Of a stretch of DNA of 64,000 bases, positions 60,200 to 64,000 are shown in pieces. The position numbers and the translations under genes are program-made. The DNA comes from Felis catus (lineage: Eukaryota), in the NCBI RefSeq assembly GCF_018350175.1, contig NC_058368.1, forward strand, positions 79,424,001-79,488,000, given 5' to 3'. Position 1 is the first letter of the stretch. Each line of letters begins with the position of its first letter. The notes below the pieces were generated by a model. It saw only the letters and a list, made by a program, of their open reading frames with translations. It did no database searches and was not told the origin of the DNA.

Positions 60200-60360
60200 T
60201 AGCAATGTTGTAATACAGTCTGTGGTGAGTTCTCTTAAGACACAGTGTTCTGTTCCTGTCACTTCCTGTTCGGCTAAATGTAACTTTTGCAATGAGATCG
60301 AGCACGGAGGTAGCAAGCTGCGAAAATAATTTGTGAGGGCCAACGCCAAGAAGTAAACAT
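60200..60360. promoter_or_regulatory. Candidate enhancer (RUNX/ETS/C-EBP/GRE-like cluster)
   Basis: TGTGGT 60221; AAGACAcagTGTTCT 60237-60251; CACTTCCTGT 60260; TTTTGCAAT 60285; GTAAACA 60353; motif evidence only. Confidence 0.35.
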
Positions 60361-61244
60361 TTATGTCGAGGGAGAATAAGAACATATCTTCTTGAAGATG
60401 TGCCGTGCTGACCGAGTGTTAGAAGGGACCGTGGGACGCTGTGTGTGCGTGCGTGCGCCTGTGCTGGGGTGGGGGGTGGGGGGAGAGCATGTGTGCGTGT
60501 GGGTTTCTACATTCATAGAAGACGAGCCAGAAAGTGTCCATTGATTCGAACTGAACTGGCTTGAACTTGGACACACTGGAATTGTACGAAAGGCATCCCC
60601 AGAGATTTTGGAGGAAATGAACCAGAACCCCGTTTCCAGTCAGAGCGGAATTAACTCTATAATTGAGTCTGACGCCGTGACTCTGTGAGCTAGGAATTTT
60701 GATAGATGGTGTTTTGTGAGCTGAGCCAGGCTGGAGTTTCAGCATACATGACATGCTTGTTTTCCATTTCAGGGGAAGAGTTAAATTCTAGAGCAAGGAT
60801 GTCTTCATTTCTCTTTCTCTCCTCCTCTTCCTCCTGAATTTAGAAATAGCAAGCAATCGAATCACAGACAGGGATTTCTCAATGGATTCTCCCAAAGCAG
60901 TGATGGTTAACAGGAGGAAAGCAAACATCAGGGGTAGGAAGGGTGGGAACAACTCCCACAGCAACCCTGCAGAAGCTTCCATGGGTGTAATCTGAGGCAT
61001 CACCACTCAGCCATGCGGGCCTTCCAAACAACCCCTTTGAGGGTCCACTGGGGACCCCTGGATCCCAGGCCCTGCCACGGGCTGGAGACAGCATGAGAAT
61101 CAGGGGTATCATAGGCGGTGGGTGGGTCCTGGGGACCCAGGTAGTTCTGGGGCAGGTGCTCTGGGATGCCAGGCTTGGTGTGTGGGAACCTCTTCACCGT
61201 AACTCAGAAGACCTGCTCGTGGAATGTTCAAGACCGCTCACTTG

Positions 61245-61430
61245 GCTCAGACTGAGCTCCGCGGTGTGAGTCTTGGCTGCTCCCACGGAGAGAGCTGGGT
61301 AAATTGTGACCCTTCTAGGACTTACCTCATTTATAAAAGGGAGATAAACAGAGCAATTGTGAAGAACACATAAGGAATTGAATGGAAAAGCTTAGGGCAG
61401 AGCTTAGCACTTAGGAAAACTAACAAGTGC
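61245..61430 (+). mobile_element. MIR fragment
   Basis: cctcatttataaaagggagataa...ttgtgaaga...aaagcttagggcagagcttagcacttagga. Confidence 0.65.
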
Positions 61431-61675
61431 CTTGTGATGGATCACGCAGTCCATCTAAACCTCTCAGAAGGAAGCCGGGCCCGGAGTTTTGTCAGCCAGG
61501 GGGCTTGTGCGTCCCTTGAGGGGAAGAAGAGAGCAAGGTGGATGGCAGAGGGTGAGTGTCCACTGTGGAAGAGGGCAGGAGGTAGCAGGTTACCATGGAC
61601 GTCCACTCAGAAACCCAGAGTTCACCAGACTTCTCCAAAATCCAGACAGGACATACTTTCTCTTCCGCATTTTCT

Positions 61676-61927
61676 ATTACTTTTAAAAATTTATTTATTT
61701 AAATCCAAGTTAGCTAAGCTGCAGTGTAGTCTTGGCTTCAGGAGTAGAAGCCCATGGTTCATCACCTCCATACGACACCCAGTGCTCATCCCAACACGTG
61801 CCCTCCTCAGTGCCCGTCACCCATCTAGCCCGTCCCCCCACCCACAGCCCCTCCAGCTGCCCTCAGTTTGTTCTCTGTATCTGAGTCTCTTATGGTTTGT
61901 CTCCCTCTCTGTTTTTATGTTATTTTT
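61676..61927 (-). mobile_element. 5'-truncated carnivore L1 3' end
   Basis: cttcaggagtagaa...cacccagtgctcatcccaacacgtgccctcctcagtgccc...ctcttatggtttgtctccctctct; TSD gcattttct at 61667-61675 and 61928-61936. Confidence 0.9.
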
Positions 61928-62953
61928 GCATTTTCTTTCAGACTGTGGAGGCTGAAATGTGTCTGGAGAGACTTCTGCTAATCTAGACAACAGGAACAAG
62001 AAGCTGGTCTAGTGATAAAATTCCCTCTGCCATTGGGTCCCGTCTTTGCTAGTTGTGATCTGATAATCCTGTCCTCCCCTCCACCCCACGTGAGCTGCAT
62101 GGAAGCTCACGTCCACAGAGAATACGTCCTCTGCAAGTTCAGCTGCCCCGTGTCTTATGCAGGCTTCCCTTCGAGGTCACCACCTCACCTGGCGGGGTCT
62201 TGGAGTCCCCCCCCCCCACACCGGGTGAGGTGATGACCTCTCCTCTTCTTCCTCTTCTCCCTCCTTCCCACTCTCCCGTCTTTGTAGGAAAAAGCACCCA
62301 GGACAGATGGCTGTCCACGTTTCCTGGTGACAACCAGAACGTACCAGCAAAGCCTTTGTCTGCCAGTGTGTCATCAGACGCCAGTGGAGTCGAACATCCA
62401 AGAGGTGGATGTGGCTCGTGGCCCATGCCCGATGCTGTTGTGCAGTTGGCATCCAAACACCGCGTTCTCACAGGGCCCTGAGTCTCAGATGTGCAAGGCT
62501 AAGCTTTGGTTTGTGCTTTTAAAAGAACTGAACCCCATGAAAGCGTTCCTGTTAAAGATGAAATTATTTAATTTGACAAAGAAATGAGTCTCGGGAGATT
62601 CAGAGGGAAGCAGGCAGGGCTTGGCACATTTCCTCTAATCTCTCTCATCTTCAACCCTGTATCAAAGAGTGTAAACAAAAGCTTTTCCTTTCATATTTAT
62701 GGGCATCTATCTAAGTTGGCAATATCAATCTGTTCCAAACGCAGTGGTATATATATTTGCTTACTGGGGTAGACTGGATTAAAAGCTGTTCATCTTTCTG
62801 GATGGGCTCTTGTGAGCTACAGATTCAGAAATCCTAAAAGCAAATCTTACGAGAGCAAACACATTTTCTCTCTAGCAGTGCTGTCCTGGAAGGGAATGTG
62901 CTCTGGGACCAGTGCCCATACATTTCAGCTATGATTTTAGAACATCATTTTAA

Positions 62954-62958
<5 letters not shown>

Positions 62959-63015
<57 letters not shown>

Positions 63016-63041
63016 CACATATATATGTGTGTGTGTATATA

Positions 63042-63072
<31 letters not shown>
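62959..63072. repeat. (TA)n/(TG)n compound microsatellite
   Basis: Seen directly in the sequence. Confidence 0.95.
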
Positions 63073-63639
63073 TCACTTCAGCTCAATTTTGATTTTGATA
63101 ATGCCTTGCCAACAGTAGGGGAAAGAAATCACAAGTGTATCTGGTATTTGTCCCTGATGAGCGCTGGTGCAGATAAACACGTCCGCTTCCAATGACTAGC
63201 TTGAAAACAATGATGGCCACAGCTCAGAAGCCTCGCTCACTACTCTGAGGAGACAGATCTCTAAAGCATACTTAGTGTTTGACCTTTTCAGTAAAGGGCA
63301 TATGAAAAAGAGTCAAATTCCAGACAAAATGGAGAGAATCTAATAAATATACTTAGATTTTTTTTCTCCCCCAAGCGATCAGTCCATTTTAGATATCAAA
63401 TATCAACCATCTTGGTTGCAAAAGGGATGCCGCAATCTTGAGCCCAGTAGGGGTGGCTGCAGTTTGCGTGGTAAATCGTGGGGCCAGAAGGAGCATCCAG
63501 GGCCAGAAGGGGTTCATCCAATTCAAGTACGTAACCAAATTATTTGATACAAATATAGGAAGGATGTGCAATGTTTCTACGTACCCATAACCTGCTGTCT
63601 TTTATAGTGCTGGAACTCCAAGCGAGACTGAACTATAAT

Positions 63640-63848
63640 ATTTTTAATTTTTTTAATGTTTATTTATTTTTGAGAGAGAGAATGAAAACAGGAGAGGGGC
63701 AGAGAGAGGGAGACACAGAATCCAAAGCAGGCTCCAGGCTCTGAGCTGTCAGCACAGAGCCCGATGCAGGGTTCGAACTCACAAACCACAAGATCATGAC
63801 CTGTGCTGAAGTCAGACGCTCAACCAACTGAGCTACCCAGGTGCCCCC
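63640..63848 (-). mobile_element. Can-SINE
   Basis: T tail, (GA)n, head ends ccaggtgcccc. Confidence 0.94.
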
Positions 63849-63873
63849 AAATTTTTTAAATTTTATGTCATAT

Positions 63874-63874
63874 G

Positions 63875-63912
<38 letters not shown>

Positions 63913-63921
63913 CACACACAA
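63874..63921. repeat. (CT)n(AT)n(AC)n compound microsatellite
   Basis: Seen directly in the sequence. Confidence 0.9.
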
Positions 63922-64000
63922 CCAAATACAAAGGTCAAACATTTGCCAAAAATTGAAAGGAGTGACTTTACAGAGCTCATTTAAATAGTCTTGGGGTGGC

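Noticed and set aside
571..63980. Recurring MAQSVKRPTSAQVMIS-type peptides
   Set aside because: Conceptual translations of Can-SINE copies, not a gene family.

Overview
Mammalian nuclear DNA, almost certainly from a felid (cat-like) genome, judged from about 25 tRNA-derived Can-SINEs of the feline SINEC_Fc type. I recognise no protein-coding exon; the listed ORFs are short and look like chance or repeat-derived frames, so the window reads as intergenic or intronic. Contents: Can-SINEs of several ages (some nested, many with visible target-site duplications), L1 fragments (one apparently 5'-inverted), MaLR/ERVL/ERV1 solo LTRs, hAT and Tigger DNA transposons, L2/MIR remnants, an ancient CR1/L3 reverse-transcriptase fragment (about 22.7-22.95 kb) and a U6 snRNA retropseudogene (about 59.63-59.74 kb). 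Most notable unique-sequence items: a CpG-rich 18-19 bp minisatellite with 12 CAGGTG E-boxes (50.4-50.6 kb), overlapping perfect palindromes at 55.81 kb, a mirrored (TA)n hairpin at 19.76 kb, and enhancer-like motif clusters (about 14-15 kb including a perfect ERE core, 46.5-47.4 kb, 60.2-60.4 kb). I found no convincing novel multi-gene system. Repeat subfamily names come from recognition by eye and their boundaries are approximate.
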